Below the pieces are notes generated by a model that was not told the origin of the DNA, ran no database searches, and saw nothing but the letters and a program-made list of their open reading frames with translations. From positions 860,125 through 924,124 of the forward strand of contig JAXGMI010000002.1 of assembly GCA_040768745.1 (NCBI GenBank): a stretch of 64,000 bases of DNA. Reading direction: 5' to 3'. Below, in pieces: positions 1-10,710 of the stretch. Position 1 is the stretch's first letter. Each line of letters starts with the position of its first letter. The stretch comes from Desulfomicrobium sp. (GTDB taxonomy: Bacteria > Desulfobacterota > Desulfovibrionia > Desulfovibrionales > Desulfomicrobiaceae). Position numbers and translations under genes: made by a program.

Positions 1-46
1 CTGGTAAAGATTGGCACATAATGGTGAATGAGGGCTAAGCAAGAAA

Positions 47-80
47 AAAGGGACTTCAGCATTCAAACTGAAATCCCTTA
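47..80 (-). terminator. Hairpin just downstream of the tRNA-Asp 3' end
   Basis: AAGGGACTTCAG-loop-CTGAAATCCCTT imperfect inverted repeat with an adjacent A-tract (U-tract on the minus strand). Confidence 0.55.
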
Positions 81-89
81 TTCTTGTAG

Positions 90-166
<77 letters not shown>

Positions 167-176
167 GCGTGGTCTT

Positions 177-252
177 TGGTGGGCGGTACAGGGATCGAAC
201 CTATGACATTCGGCTTGTAAGGCCGACGCTCTCCCAGCTGAGCTAACCGCCC
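177..252 (-). tRNA. tRNA-Val(TAC)
   Basis: Reverse complement GGGCGGTTAGCTCAGCTGGGAGAGCG...CTTACAA...GGTTCGATCCC...ACCA, 76 nt. Confidence 0.97.
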
Positions 253-399
253 TGCCCGTCCAACGAGAAACTGTCTCTATAGATTCGGCACCTGCCTGTC
301 AAAGGGTTTTTTCAAAAACCCTTCTGTAGATTGAAAATGAATAAATTCAGCAGAATAATGAATATACTCTGGATGGCACATCGTGTTCCGACAAGCCCC

Positions 400-825
400 T
401 CAGGATGAATCCTCCATCTGGTTCACATCCAGGGGCTCCACCTTCCACCGGTGGCGGATCCAGTTGATCCCGCGCAACACAGGCCCCCTGGAGACAATGA
501 ACCGCTCCAGCCGATATTTCCCGGGAAAATTCATGAGGAGCAGGCCCATGAAAATTGTCAACAGCCCCTGCCCCGGGAGGACGAGCATGACCACGCCAGC
601 CGCCACGAGCACGAGGCCCAGGAGGTTCTTGGCGGCCATGACCACCAGCCGCAGGGCCGGATGACGCCTGCCCCAGCGCGTGTCGCCTCGCCGGGAGGCA
701 GAGAAATAATCTGCCGGAATGCGCACGGCCAGGAAAGGGACCACTGCCAGAGAGGCGACGAAGGTCACTGCAGACACTGCGGCCAGCCACCACAGACCGT
801 CAACCCAGTTCTCCAGACCGAACAT
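400..825 (-). CDS. PGPGW-family membrane protein
   Basis: Hydrophobic helices and a VLPGQGLLTI motif. Confidence 0.75.
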   Translation of the reverse strand: MFGLENWVDGLWWLAAVSAVTFVASLAVVPFLAVRIPADYFSASRRGDTRWGRRHPALRLVVMAAKNLLGLVLVAAGVVMLVLPGQGLLTIFMGLLLMNFPGKYRLERFIVSRGPVLRGINWIRHRWKVEPLDVNQMEDSS

Positions 826-833
826 GCCCGGCC

Positions 834-1829
834 CTACATGGCCCTGAATCCTGCCAGAACCTGGGAGTACTGCCCGGTCTTAAGGCGCGGCCCGAATGTG
901 CCCACGACCTTGGACGCGGCGTAACTGGCAAAATTGCCGGCCTGGACATAGGTCATGCCGTGGGTGATGCCGTGCAGGAAGGCCCCGGCGAACATATCCC
1001 CGGCCCCGTTGGTGTCAATGGGGGTGACGGGATAAGGGTCGATCTCGTGGAATGCGTATCCGTCATAGACCAGGGCCCCCTCCCCACCCAGGGTAACCAC
1101 AAAGGCCCCGGCCCTCTGGCGCAGCTGATCCGCGGCCTTGGCCAGGGTTCGGCAATCGCCCCAGAGCAGGGCCTCCTCACGGTTGCAGAAGAGCAGGTCC
1201 ACGCCGTCCCCGACGATCTCTTCCAGGCCCAGGCGGAAATACTTGACCATGGACGGGTCCGAAAAGCTGAAGGCCGTTTTCACACCGGCCCCGCGGGCCA
1301 GACTCATGGCCCGGACCACGGCCGGTCTGGCCGTGGGCGAGGTGACCAGGTACCCTTCGGCATAGAGGAACTCAGAGTCCCGCAACGCGTCCTCGCACAA
1401 CTGAGCCTCGGACAGGGATTCGGAGATGCCCAGGTAGGTGTTCATGGTCCGCTCCGCATCGGGGGTGATCATGACCAGGCACTTGCCCGTCACGCCATCA
1501 GGGCGTCTGTCCGACAGATTGGTGTCCACTCCGGCACGGGCCAGTTCGGAGACATAGAAGTCGCCCATCTCGTCGTTGCTGACCAGACAGGTATAGAAGG
1601 ACGTGCCGCCGAACAGGGCGTTGGCCACCACGCTGTTTGCTGCCGAGCCACCACCCGAGCGCACCCCTCGTTCCACACGCAAGAACTCCAGGAGTTCAAA
1701 CTGCCGTCCCTCATCGACCAGGGTCATGAACCCTTTTTCTACACCCATGGTCTCCAGAAACGCGTCGGGCACTTCGAATTCCATGTCCACCAGAGCATTG
1801 CCCATGCCGTACAGATCATATTTCTTCAT
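834..1829 (-). CDS. PfkB-family carbohydrate/adenosine kinase
   Basis: GMGNALVD N-terminus, GGSAAN, DTNGAGDMFAG PfkB signature; start taken at MKKYDL. Confidence 0.9.
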   Translation of the reverse strand: MKKYDLYGMGNALVDMEFEVPDAFLETMGVEKGFMTLVDEGRQFELLEFLRVERGVRSGGGSAANSVVANALFGGTSFYTCLVSNDEMGDFYVSELARAGVDTNLSDRRPDGVTGKCLVMITPDAERTMNTYLGISESLSEAQLCEDALRDSEFLYAEGYLVTSPTARPAVVRAMSLARGAGVKTAFSFSDPSMVKYFRLGLEEIVGDGVDLLFCNREEALLWGDCRTLAKAADQLRQRAGAFVVTLGGEGALVYDGYAFHEIDPYPVTPIDTNGAGDMFAGAFLHGITHGMTYVQAGNFASYAASKVVGTFGPRLKTGQYSQVLAGFRAM

Positions 1830-1867
1830 TGCGTATCCGTTTGTTGGAAATGACGGGGCAGACAATC

Positions 1868-2953
1868 CTAAACCGTCCCGGGCTCTGCACCCTGCCCCGC
1901 GACGGATGTCAGACGGGAATGCCGCCACGCATTCAGCACTGCTTGGGCCAGGGATGCCAGGGGGATGGCGAAGAAGACGCCCCAGAAGCCCCATACCCCT
2001 CCAAACAAAAGAATGGCCATGATGGAGGCGATGGGGTGCAGGTTGACGGCTCCGGACAGGAGCAGGGGCACGAGCACATTGGCATCCAGGAGCTGGACCA
2101 CGAAATAGGCGAACATGGCCCAGGTGAAATGCGAGTCCATGCCCCACTGGATGTAGGCGATGATGAGCACGGGCACGGTCACGACCACGGCCCCGATGTA
2201 GGGGATGATGACGGACAGGCCCACCAGCAGACTCAGAAGCATGGCGTAATCCAGCCCGAAGAACAGAAAGCATCCGTAGGTCGCGCCCCAGACAATGAGC
2301 ACTTCCCAGATCCGGCCCCGCACGTAGTTGCCGGCCTGGATCTTGACGTCGGTCCAGACCCGGCTGGCCAGGTTGTGGTCCGAGGGCAGGAAGGCACCCA
2401 GCCAGGTCAGGATGACTTTTTTGTCCTTCAGAAAGAAGAAGACCATGATGGGCATGAGCACCAGGTAGACCACGAAGGAAAAAACCGAGCGGACCGAGGA
2501 CAGGGAAAAGGCCAGAATTTGCTGCCCATACTGGGAGAACTGCAGGGTCAGGGAGTCGACGATGGCCTGCATCTGGGCTTCGGTCAAAATCGGATATTGC
2601 TGGGGCAGATGCAGCATGGCGTTCTGGGCCTTGGAGATGATCCAGGGGATGTTGTCGATCAGATCCGTGATCTGGGAGGCCAGCAGCGGGATGAGGGCGA
2701 ACAGGAGCACTGCCAGGAAAAGCATGAACATCCCGAAAACGAGGCAAACCGCCAGCATGCGCGGCCAGCGGAAGCCCTCCAGGACCCGTACCAGCCCCTC
2801 CAGCAGGAAGGCGATGATCACGCTGGCGATGACCGGGGCCAGGAGATCCCCCACAGACAGGATGATGGCGGCGCAGACGACCAGCACCAGGAAGAGGATG
2901 ACCAGCTGCGTGTCCGAAAAGACGGTGTGCAGCCATTGACGGACGATGTGCAT
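1868..2953 (-). CDS. AI-2E family transporter (PerM-like)
   Basis: Multi-TM 361 aa, IPYIG and QLLDANVLVP...NLHP motifs. Confidence 0.88.
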   Translation of the reverse strand: MHIVRQWLHTVFSDTQLVILFLVLVVCAAIILSVGDLLAPVIASVIIAFLLEGLVRVLEGFRWPRMLAVCLVFGMFMLFLAVLLFALIPLLASQITDLIDNIPWIISKAQNAMLHLPQQYPILTEAQMQAIVDSLTLQFSQYGQQILAFSLSSVRSVFSFVVYLVLMPIMVFFFLKDKKVILTWLGAFLPSDHNLASRVWTDVKIQAGNYVRGRIWEVLIVWGATYGCFLFFGLDYAMLLSLLVGLSVIIPYIGAVVVTVPVLIIAYIQWGMDSHFTWAMFAYFVVQLLDANVLVPLLLSGAVNLHPIASIMAILLFGGVWGFWGVFFAIPLASLAQAVLNAWRHSRLTSVAGQGAEPGTV

Positions 2954-3031
2954 GCGATGCTCTTGTGGATGGGAGGGGACAGGATGCTTTGGCTGTTCCT
3001 AGTCAACGGGTTTTGCCGCGTCAATGTGCGC

Positions 3032-3060
3032 GAAAGAAAGGCCGCCCAACCGGGCGGCCT
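3032..3060 (-). terminator. Rho-independent terminator after glutamine synthetase
   Basis: AGGCCGCCC-GGTT-GGGCGGCCT stem followed by TTCTTTC on the minus strand. Confidence 0.7.
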
Positions 3061-3181
3061 GAGGATTCTGAATCAGACAGGGTCCGGACCTGGCGAGGGA
3101 GCATGTCCCTGCACGGAACAGTCCGGCTGCAACGGGCAGGAGTCTGAGCGTCTCCGGCCTCCGTTTGGGTGTGGATAGCCT

Positions 3182-5365
<2,184 letters not shown>

Positions 5366-5435
5366 GATATCCTCCAGAGCGAGTTGGGTAGTGTTCATCC
5401 TGACAAATCCAGGGCAACAAAGGCACCTTCATTAA

Positions 5436-5451
5436 AGCAATCGATATGCCA
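5436..5451 (-). promoter_or_regulatory. Sigma-54 (-24/-12) promoter of GSIII
   Basis: Minus strand TGGCAT-ATCGA-TTGCT matches TGGCAC-N5-TTGCW, ~70 bp upstream of the start. Confidence 0.8.
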
Positions 5452-5942
5452 TTGCGACAACATGCTGAAATTGTTGCGCCATGTTTTTCGCGGCTTGACA
5501 TAAATAACATTTTTGAAATGTGCAACCCTAAATTTCGGCCCTATCCTGGATTATATGTTGCAAATTTGTTAATTAAAAGCCGGGACAGGAACAGTTGCGG
5601 GACGCGTGCTTCGCCCTGCGGCCAGAGGCAACAGCAATGACGCGGGACCTCGATCCCACGCGTCAGCCACACAACTGTGACAGCAGATGCCATCTGACGC
5701 GGACGCCAGGGCCCTGCTCCACCCCAGGACCATGCAGGCCACCCTTGTCAGCGGCCTGTGGGCGCCGTGAACCAAAAACTCTTGATTTGCGGGTTCATCC
5801 GGAAAGAAGGGGTTCTGGCTGGCGGCGTGCTGGCCGCAGCCCTGGCAGAAGTCCGCCCGAGGTCTTGGTCCTTGCCGCATCGCGGCAAGAGGGTGTACAT
5901 ACACGGCATCTTTTACCAAATCGCACGGGGAAACCATCGAGC

Positions 5943-7355
5943 ATGCGCACCAACGACATCGCCCTCGTCGGGTTGGCCACCATGGGACAAAATCTGGCCC
6001 TGAACATGGACCGCAACGGGTTCGCCGTCATTGTGTGCAACCGCACATGGGGCAGGACCGAGGAATTCATGGCTGGCCCGGCCCGGGAAACGTCCATCGT
6101 TGCAGCGCGCGACCTGAAGGCCTGCGCAGCCTCCCTGACCAGACCCCGCAAAATCTTCCTCATGGTCAAGGCCGGCGACGCCGTGGACAAATTGATAGAC
6201 GAGATCGTTCCCTTCCTGGAGCCAGGCGACGTGATCATGGACGGGGGCAACTCGCACTTCCAGGACACGGAGCGCCGCATCCGGGACCTGCAGGGTGCGG
6301 GCATTTTCTTTCTGGGAGTGGGCGTTTCGGGAGGGGAAAAAGGTGCGCTCCTGGGGCCAAGCATCATGCCTGGCGGGGACCGGGTGGGATGGGGGCAGGT
6401 TTCGTCCATTTTGGAATCCATTGCCGCCAGAAGCGCCGATGGCCGCCCCTGCACGGACTACATGGGCGCGGGCGGGGCCGGACATTTCGTCAAGATGGTG
6501 CACAACGGCATCGAATACGCGGTCATGCAGCTCATTGCCGAAACCTACGACCTGTTGGTCCGCGGGCACGGATACCCGGATGAACAGGCGGCCAAGATTT
6601 TCAGAACCTGGAACAGAGGGCCAGGATCCTCCTATCTCCTCGAAATCACGTCCCACATCCTCGGCACCATAGACCCATCCTCGGGCCAACCCATCCTCGG
6701 TTCCATCGTGGATGCGGCAGGGAGCAAAGGGACTGGGTTGTGGACCACGCAGACCTCCCTGGCCTTGGGCGTGCCGGCCCCGACCATCACGGCTGCGGTG
6801 GAAGCACGGCTCATCTCCGGCCTGCGGGCGGAACGCCTGCACGCCGGCGCCCTGCCCGGGGTACTGACAAATCCCGAAGCTTTGTCTGACGGGGGCGACA
6901 GCCTTGGACAGGCCCTCTTGACCGCCACCCTCATGGCCTATGCCCAGGGGTTTGCCCTGCTCCAGGCAGCCGAGGCAGCCTGGTCCTGGGGACTCGACCC
7001 GGTGCGCATCGCCCGGGTCTGGAGAGAAGGGTGCATCATCCGGGCCGCGTTCCTGGATACCCTGGCAGAGGCTCTTTCCCATCCTGGATTGCCCAACCTG
7101 CTCCAGGCCGCCACCATGAGGGAGACTTTTTCACGCGGCGGGTCGCATCTGCGCCAGGCCGTGGCCCTTGCTGCCCGCCAAGGCGTCCCGGCCCCGGCCC
7201 TGGCCTCGAGCCTGGCCTATTACGATGCCTATCGCAGCGCGCGCCTGCCAGCGAACCTGATCCAGGCCCAGCGGGATTATTTCGGGTACCATGGATTCGA
7301 ACGACTGGACAGTCCCGGCACATTTCACGGACCATGGAACAATGAACGGCAATAG
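5943..7355 (+). CDS. gnd: NADP-dependent 6-phosphogluconate dehydrogenase (decarboxylating)
   Basis: GLATMGQNLALN, VSGGEKGA, HFVKMVHNGIEY, QAQRDYFG. Confidence 0.95.
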   Translation: MRTNDIALVGLATMGQNLALNMDRNGFAVIVCNRTWGRTEEFMAGPARETSIVAARDLKACAASLTRPRKIFLMVKAGDAVDKLIDEIVPFLEPGDVIMDGGNSHFQDTERRIRDLQGAGIFFLGVGVSGGEKGALLGPSIMPGGDRVGWGQVSSILESIAARSADGRPCTDYMGAGGAGHFVKMVHNGIEYAVMQLIAETYDLLVRGHGYPDEQAAKIFRTWNRGPGSSYLLEITSHILGTIDPSSGQPILGSIVDAAGSKGTGLWTTQTSLALGVPAPTITAAVEARLISGLRAERLHAGALPGVLTNPEALSDGGDSLGQALLTATLMAYAQGFALLQAAEAAWSWGLDPVRIARVWREGCIIRAAFLDTLAEALSHPGLPNLLQAATMRETFSRGGSHLRQAVALAARQGVPAPALASSLAYYDAYRSARLPANLIQAQRDYFGYHGFERLDSPGTFHGPWNNERQ

Positions 7356-7677
7356 ACGCCATTGGCCACGCCAGCAGGTCAGCGTGCCGTGCCTTGTCGA
7401 TACCCCAGAAAACGGGGAGGGAGCATCCTCGGCCCGTATCCTGAACATATGCCCCGGCGGCGTGATGCTTGAGGCGGATCAGGCCTTCATGCCAGGCCAA
7501 CGCCTGACCATAGTGCTGGAACACGGTCCGGACGCCCTCCTGTTCGAATCCATGGGGGTGATGACGGGATTTGTGCGCTGGAACCAGATCGCGGATCCCG
7601 AGAATCCGTCGCACTATCATGTCGGCGTCGCCCTGGAGCGCGACCTTCCACGCAGGATTTTCATGACTGAGCACTGA
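7342..7677 (+). CDS. Stand-alone PilZ domain protein
   Basis: RHWPR (RxxxR) and NICPGG (variant of D/NxSxxG), G-x-VRW and GV-x-L strands. Confidence 0.75.
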   Translation: MNGNRRHWPRQQVSVPCLVDTPENGEGASSARILNICPGGVMLEADQAFMPGQRLTIVLEHGPDALLFESMGVMTGFVRWNQIADPENPSHYHVGVALERDLPRRIFMTEH

Positions 7678-7782
7678 ATCCCAACATTCTTCTTGTTTTG
7701 CACCGCCTCCTGGCCTAATTGATGGGCGAGAGCGGCCAACACAGGCCAAGGCTGCAAAAGATCCTTTGCAAAGGACGATACA

Positions 7783-8130
7783 ATGCCTCTGCACATGCCG
7801 AAAAAAAGAAAATGGGAACGGTACGGATGCCTGATACCCTGCCGCATCATTCCTGTGGACCATCCCCAGATGACCGTCTCCGCCCGGATCATCAACATCG
7901 GAAGGGGCGGCCTGCTGGTCGAGGCCGATTACAATTTCAATCCCGATGACAGGGTGTGCATCCGGATCAATCCCGACGCCGAGTTGGAACGCTTTGACGT
8001 GGGTGGCGACATCCAGGGCACCGTGCGCTGGGGCCAGATTGACCCGGCCTCGCTCATGGGACTTTTCTATGTAGGCATTGAATTCGACGATCTTCTGCCC
8101 CTCAAACAGGCCATGGACCACCAGACCTGA
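7783..8130 (+). CDS. Stand-alone PilZ domain protein
   Basis: RKWER, NIGRGG, GTVRW, VGIEF. Confidence 0.78.
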   Translation: MPLHMPKKRKWERYGCLIPCRIIPVDHPQMTVSARIINIGRGGLLVEADYNFNPDDRVCIRINPDAELERFDVGGDIQGTVRWGQIDPASLMGLFYVGIEFDDLLPLKQAMDHQT

Positions 8131-8263
8131 GGCTCTGGCAGGAAAGGCACGCAAGCCCCCCACGAATCCCCCGGATGCACTGCCTCTGTGCGCCATGTTC
8201 GCCCGGCACCGGTCCGGACATGACGGAGAACGGAAAGTTTGTCCGGATCCCCGGATTTCCGGA

Positions 8264-8539
8264 CTACTGCTGGCACAATTCCTTGCGGCGGGATTCCTGG
8301 GCCAGATACCGCGACACAGCGTCCACCTCCACGGGTGTCAGCAGTTCAGGCTGGTAGGCCACCATGCGTTCCACCATCCCTTTCCACCAGGCCCTGTCGC
8401 TGGAAGCCACGTCACAATTCTTGGCCAGGTCATGACAGCCCTGGCAGCGCTGCAACACCAAGGCTCGGATGTCCGTGGCGCCGGCCAGGCAGGCCAGCAT
8501 CGCCAGGAATACAACGACGGTTCCGAGGACGTATTTCAT
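8264..8539 (-). CDS. Small periplasmic monoheme c-type cytochrome
   Basis: Signal peptide, single CQGCH, downstream WxxxVERM; GGAGG RBS. Confidence 0.75.
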   Translation of the reverse strand: MKYVLGTVVVFLAMLACLAGATDIRALVLQRCQGCHDLAKNCDVASSDRAWWKGMVERMVAYQPELLTPVEVDAVSRYLAQESRRKELCQQ

Positions 8540-8752
8540 GGTCATTCCTCCTTCGCACGGCAGATTCAGCCACCTTGTGTACGCCGGAGCGAGATGGATT
8601 CCAATGCCTTGCTCCCCTGAAAATCCGAAGACCCCTTTCCGCTGCGGCCGCAACCCCCATGGGCTGGATACCCTACGTTGCGGCTCTGGATTATTGAAAA
8701 TCTTTCGCGTAGAAATAATTTCCGGAGATTGAGACGCACCAGCGAGGAATCA

Positions 8753-9583
8753 ATGAGCCGCAACGTGATCAACATTTACCCTGACGAACTGGAAGAATTC
8801 AGGGCCAAGACCAGGGAACGAAACTATCTTCTGGTGGATGTGCGCCAGCCCTTGGAATATGCCAACGGCCATATTCCCGGAGCCCAGCTCATCCCTCTGC
8901 CGGAAATAGAAAAACGACTCGAGGAACTCGATGGGGACAAAAACCTCATTCTCTATTGCCGCACCGGCGGCAGATCCGCTGTTGCCGCGGCCCTGATCAA
9001 GGACGCCGCCCCCCGCCAGGGCACTATTTACAATCTTGTGGGAGGCATAACAGGCTGGGAAGGCAAGGCCCTGAAGGACATCCCCCATCTGGAACTCTTC
9101 CCCCGGGACATGCCCCTGGCCCAGACCCTGTACCGGGCCATGAACATGGAGAAAGGGGCCTTTCTCTTCTACGGCGATCTGGCCGAGGAGTACAAAGATT
9201 CGGAACTGGGCCGCCTGCTCCAGGACATGGGCGGGATGGAAGAGAAACATGCCCGCAGCATCTTCACATACTGGCAAAAACACGCCCCGGCCCCCAGCAG
9301 GGACACCTTCGATGAACTGTTCGAGCGTCTGGACGGTCGGATCATGGAGGGCGGCAAGCCCGTCTCGGCCTGGATGGCCCGGCTGGGCAAGGACCCCAAG
9401 GACCGCGTGCTGCGTCTCATGGAGCTGGCCTGCGAAATCGAGTATTATGCCTATGACCTGTACCGGGGGCTGGCCAGGCGGGACAAGGATGCGGAGGCGG
9501 TCCAGACCTACCTTCTGTTGGCGGAGCAGGAAAAGGCCCACGTCCGGATCATCTCCAAGGCTCTGGAGCGAGTCGTCGGGTGA
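8753..9583 (+). CDS. Rhodanese plus ferritin-like (rubrerythrin-type diiron) fusion protein
   Basis: LVDVRQPLEYANGHIPGA and CRTGGRS rhodanese motifs; C-terminal ExxH pairs (EEKH, EKAH). Confidence 0.8.
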   Translation: MSRNVINIYPDELEEFRAKTRERNYLLVDVRQPLEYANGHIPGAQLIPLPEIEKRLEELDGDKNLILYCRTGGRSAVAAALIKDAAPRQGTIYNLVGGITGWEGKALKDIPHLELFPRDMPLAQTLYRAMNMEKGAFLFYGDLAEEYKDSELGRLLQDMGGMEEKHARSIFTYWQKHAPAPSRDTFDELFERLDGRIMEGGKPVSAWMARLGKDPKDRVLRLMELACEIEYYAYDLYRGLARRDKDAEAVQTYLLLAEQEKAHVRIISKALERVVG

Positions 9584-10491
9584 TCCCTGTCTTCCTGGAC
9601 CACGCCTCGGACTACATCCAGGCGGCCCAGACGGTCCGGACTCTGCTCAAGGCCATCCTGCCGCCCCCTCGCGGCCTCAGGATTCTGCTCAAACCCAACT
9701 TTGTCTCCCTGCGCCACGCCGGCCTGGCCTGCACCCATGCCCGGATCATCGCGGCGGCTGCCGAGTATTGTCAGGACCTGGGCGCCCGGGTGACTGTCGG
9801 CGATTCCCCTGCCTTCGGAACGGCGGAACGCATAGCCAGGGAAATCGGCCTGACCGGGCTGTTGGTCCCCCTGAACGTTCCGGTCATGACGTTGAACCGG
9901 GGCGTGCGGGTCCAGAGCGGAAATGTCACGATCCCGGTTTCAACCCGCGCCCTGCAGGCAGACCTCATCCTCAACCTGCCCAAATTCAAAGCCCACTCCC
10001 AGATGCGCTTCAGCGGCGCGGTGAAAAATCTGTTCGGATGCGTTCCAGGTGTGCACAAGGCCTGGCTCCATGCGCGGCACGGGGACAAGGGCGCGCGGTT
10101 CACGGAAATGATCCGCGGTTTGCAGGCCGTCCTGCCACCCACGGTCAGTCTGCTCGATGGGGTCGAGGCCATGCATCGCACAGGCCCCATCATGGGCGAG
10201 AAGTTCGACCTGGGCTTTCTGGGGGCAAGCGTCGACAGCGCGGCCCTGGACACAGCCGCGGGACTGGCCCTGGGAGCAAAAGCAGAAATGTTTCCGATCT
10301 GGATGGAGTGCCTCCGTGCAGGGTTGCCGGGCGCGGACCCGGGCCAGCTGGCCTTCCCCCTTCTGCAACCATCTGAATTCGATACAAAGGGCTTCATCCT
10401 TCCGGCCACCCTTAAACCAGAATCCTTCCGACCGGACGTTCTCGCCAAGAGCCTGACCAAGCGCCTGTGGATGTCCTGGAGAAAAGACTGA
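9580..10491 (+). CDS. DUF362 domain protein
   Basis: LLKPNFV, VGDSP, NLPKFKAH...SGAVKNLFG motifs. Confidence 0.8.
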   Translation: MIPVFLDHASDYIQAAQTVRTLLKAILPPPRGLRILLKPNFVSLRHAGLACTHARIIAAAAEYCQDLGARVTVGDSPAFGTAERIAREIGLTGLLVPLNVPVMTLNRGVRVQSGNVTIPVSTRALQADLILNLPKFKAHSQMRFSGAVKNLFGCVPGVHKAWLHARHGDKGARFTEMIRGLQAVLPPTVSLLDGVEAMHRTGPIMGEKFDLGFLGASVDSAALDTAAGLALGAKAEMFPIWMECLRAGLPGADPGQLAFPLLQPSEFDTKGFILPATLKPESFRPDVLAKSLTKRLWMSWRKD

Positions 10492-10710
10492 CCCCACCGC
10501 CCGCGGTCAGCCCCTGAAAAAAGGACCAGCAGGCACATGCAGGTATGTGGACGATGGAGCAGGGAGGAAGATCGTGCCTTCAACGTCATGCACGACATTC
10601 CGGCCCAAACCGATGTTGCAGCCCTGCACGGCTTGAGGGTAAGGGATTTTTTGTCCCGCTCCAGTCTCCGCATCTGACTGGCTGCCCACGGAAAACGGAA
10701 AACGAAGATC

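Noticed and set aside
10537..10677. 46-codon ORF between the DUF362 gene and hypF
   Set aside because: Weak RBS and no recognisable motif; could be chance.
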